This document shows positions 61,927 through 64,000 of a stretch of 64,000 nucleotides of DNA, in pieces. The notes beneath the pieces are model-generated. The model was given only the letters and a program-made list of their open reading frames with translations, was not told the origin of the DNA and ran no database searches. Source of the DNA: Candidatus Poribacteria bacterium (lineage in GTDB: Bacteria; Poribacteria; WGA-4E; WGA-3G); NCBI GenBank assembly GCA_964291315.2, contig OZ219750.1, positions 256,001-320,000 on the forward strand, written 5' to 3'. Made by a program: the position numbers and the translations under genes. How positions within the stretch are numbered: position 1 is the stretch's first letter; every line of letters starts with the position of its first letter.

Positions 61927-63874
61927 TTCGACCAAAAACTGATTAATCTTCTCGAAACCAACCCTAACTTTGTTGATGATAGCGGAGCATTCCATCGCCC
62001 GAGCGTCAGGCAACGGGCTTGGAAACTCGACCCCGAGCTCATTCGGACCCTGTGTACCGACGAAGAAATCGCGGCGAAGTTCTTCAAAGAGATAGCAGGA
62101 CGCTGGATCTTCGATAACAACGCCTTCGTTGATTATATCACGGATAAGAACTTCTTTGCCGACTCCTACACCCAGTTCCGCAATAGAATCGGCTTGAACA
62201 TTGATGGCAAGTATCTGCGCGAGCGTGGGGAAGTCGCCCTGGTCTGGCCGTATAAGGATTGCGTATTAGAAGGTGGTCAGACGCGCGAAGAGGAGAGGCG
62301 TAAAGAGATATTCTTCAACGAGGTTCTCGCGCCGGATGAGATAGATCGTATGTTTGATGCGAAGGTTCTGATGGGTTGGGAGCGTCATGGTGTTAGGAGT
62401 ATGGGAGGAGAGGTTGATAAGAGCGGGGGGGGTAATCTGTGATAAGCACATAGAAAATGGAACCCTCGAACTGAAGCGAGATGACGCTGGCGTTATTCGC
62501 GAGAACCTTGTCATCAAAGGCAACAACCTGATTGTCCTGCACACCCTTAAAGAGCAATTTCGCGGGCAGGTCAAACTCATTTACATCGATCCACCGTATA
62601 ATACGGGAGGTTCATCGGAGACCTTTACCTACAACAACGCCTTTAATCACTCAACGTGGCTGACGTTTATGAAAAATAGGCTTGAAGCATCTCTCGATTT
62701 ATTGACTGCAAACGGAATGATAGTGGTTGCTATTGATGACATTGAAATGTTTTATCTGGGTGTGCTTTTAGATGAAGTTTTTGGTAGACAAAACAAGATC
62801 GGTTTAGTCTGCATTAGACATCACCCTCGTGGTAGAACACAAAGTCGTTTTTTTTCCGCAGTTCATGAATATGCGCTTTTTTATGCCAAAGACATTGAAC
62901 AAGTGACAGAAAATTTTCGCTTTGAAACGGATGATGTAGAAGAAGTAGAATCCTTCATCCGGGGAAGAGAAGATGCAACACCTGAGACTCGACCTACCCT
63001 CTATTATTCAATTTTTTACAACCCCGCGACAGGGGAGATTGCACTCTCTCCGAAGAGTAGTGATTTCATTGAGCTCTTACCGGAAAATAGGAATGGTATG
63101 AGGACTTGGAAACTTGTTAAAGAGTCTTTCTTAAAGGAATTACAAGAAGGCAAAATTGAGGTGCGAAACGTCAACAACAAATATGAAATTTATAGAAAGA
63201 TAGTTAGAGAGAAAAATAAAGCGAAGACAATGTGGACAGAGCCTCGGTATGATGCAAACCCTCATGGTACGGGGCTCCTTAAAAAATTGTTTGATGGGCA
63301 AACTCCGTTTAGCTATCCAAAATCGTTGTATACAATTGTGGACATCCTAAAGCTCACAACGAGTGAGGATGACCTTGTGCTCGACTTCTTTGCGGGCTCA
63401 GGCACTACAGGGCATGCGGTCTTAGAATTAAATAAACAAGACGGAGGATCCCGGCAGTTTATACTCGTAGAACAGTTGGACAAGCACATAGCCGTTTGTA
63501 AAGAACGACTTGAGAAAGTCATTGAAAAAGAAGGGCTTCTCGGAGCACATTTCGTCTCGTGTGAGCTGATGCCTTACAACGAAGTCTTCATGGAACGGAT
63601 CCAGTCGGCAGACACCTCTGCCGAGCTATTGGACATCTGGCACGATATGTCAGAAGATTCCGCTCTCAATTGGTACGTCACCCCGGAGCATCCAGAGGCG
63701 GCAGAGGCACACTTTATCGCTATCAACGACGTTGAGGGACAGAAGCGGCTATTAGCGGAGTTATTGGATAAGAATCAGCTGTATGTGCATCTCTCTGAAA
63801 TAGAGGACGAAACATTTCAGGTCAGTGAGACAGATAAGACGTTGAATAAGGCATTTTACCGCAAACCGCTATGA
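61912..63874 (+). pseudogene. mod: Type III restriction-modification Mod subunit, frameshifted at a G8 tract (possibly phase-OFF)
   Basis: ORF 61912-62442 carries the Type III Mod N-terminus (SYTQFRNRIGL, LVWPYKDCVLEGGQ, EIFFNEVLA). ORF 62387-63874 carries IKGNNL, DPPY, PK and DFFAGSG (beta class). G8 at 62425-62432 lies at the junction. Confidence 0.88.
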
Positions 63875-63953
63875 ACAAACTCATTTGATGGCTTTATTTT
63901 ACCACAAAGTTCTCTTTGGACAACATTGTTAATTCTCTATCAATTCACATTAC

Positions 63954-64000
63954 CTCACACATGAAGACAAAAAGGACACACCTGTATGTCAAAGAAAAGT
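63954..64000 (+). repeat. Direct repeat copy 2; probable start (ATG 63986, MSKKS) of a second mod gene
   Basis: Same leader, RBS and first five codons as the gene at 61912; truncated by the window edge. Confidence 0.8.

Overview
This 64 kb bacterial window contains the replication origin. On the minus strand the order is dnaA, oriC, recF, a DUF721/DciA-like gene, gyrB and gyrA, with rpmH and ispH divergent. dnaN is not next to dnaA and rnpA/yidC do not follow rpmH. Genes mostly point away from oriC on both sides. The oriC has a DnaA-box/DnaA-trio/AT-rich unwinding module, a perfect 22-bp inverted repeat and an 11-bp-phased array of TTATGCACA boxes. Housekeeping and metabolic genes include hisC, apt, tRNA-Arg(CCT), secDF, mnmA, miaA, an ogt-like gene, an aapJQMP-type ABC transporter, sugar dehydrogenases, a GH2 and peptidases, plus several TPR and HEAT-repeat proteins. 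There are two defence-type loci: a PLD-SNF2 helicase plus Eco57I-like methyltransferase followed by DUF488 genes, and a Type III mod gene frameshifted at a G8 tract and followed by the start of a second mod copy. Less obvious signals are a promoter-backed structured RNA candidate between two HEAT lipoprotein paralogues, an apparently catalytically dead orphan HEPN/DUF86 gene, an IS200/IS605-like end that now encodes the MnmA N-terminus, and a dispersed heptamer inverted-repeat family. Gene content and repeat style suggest Candidatus Poribacteria, but this is inference. All calls are from motif recognition by eye; no searches were run.
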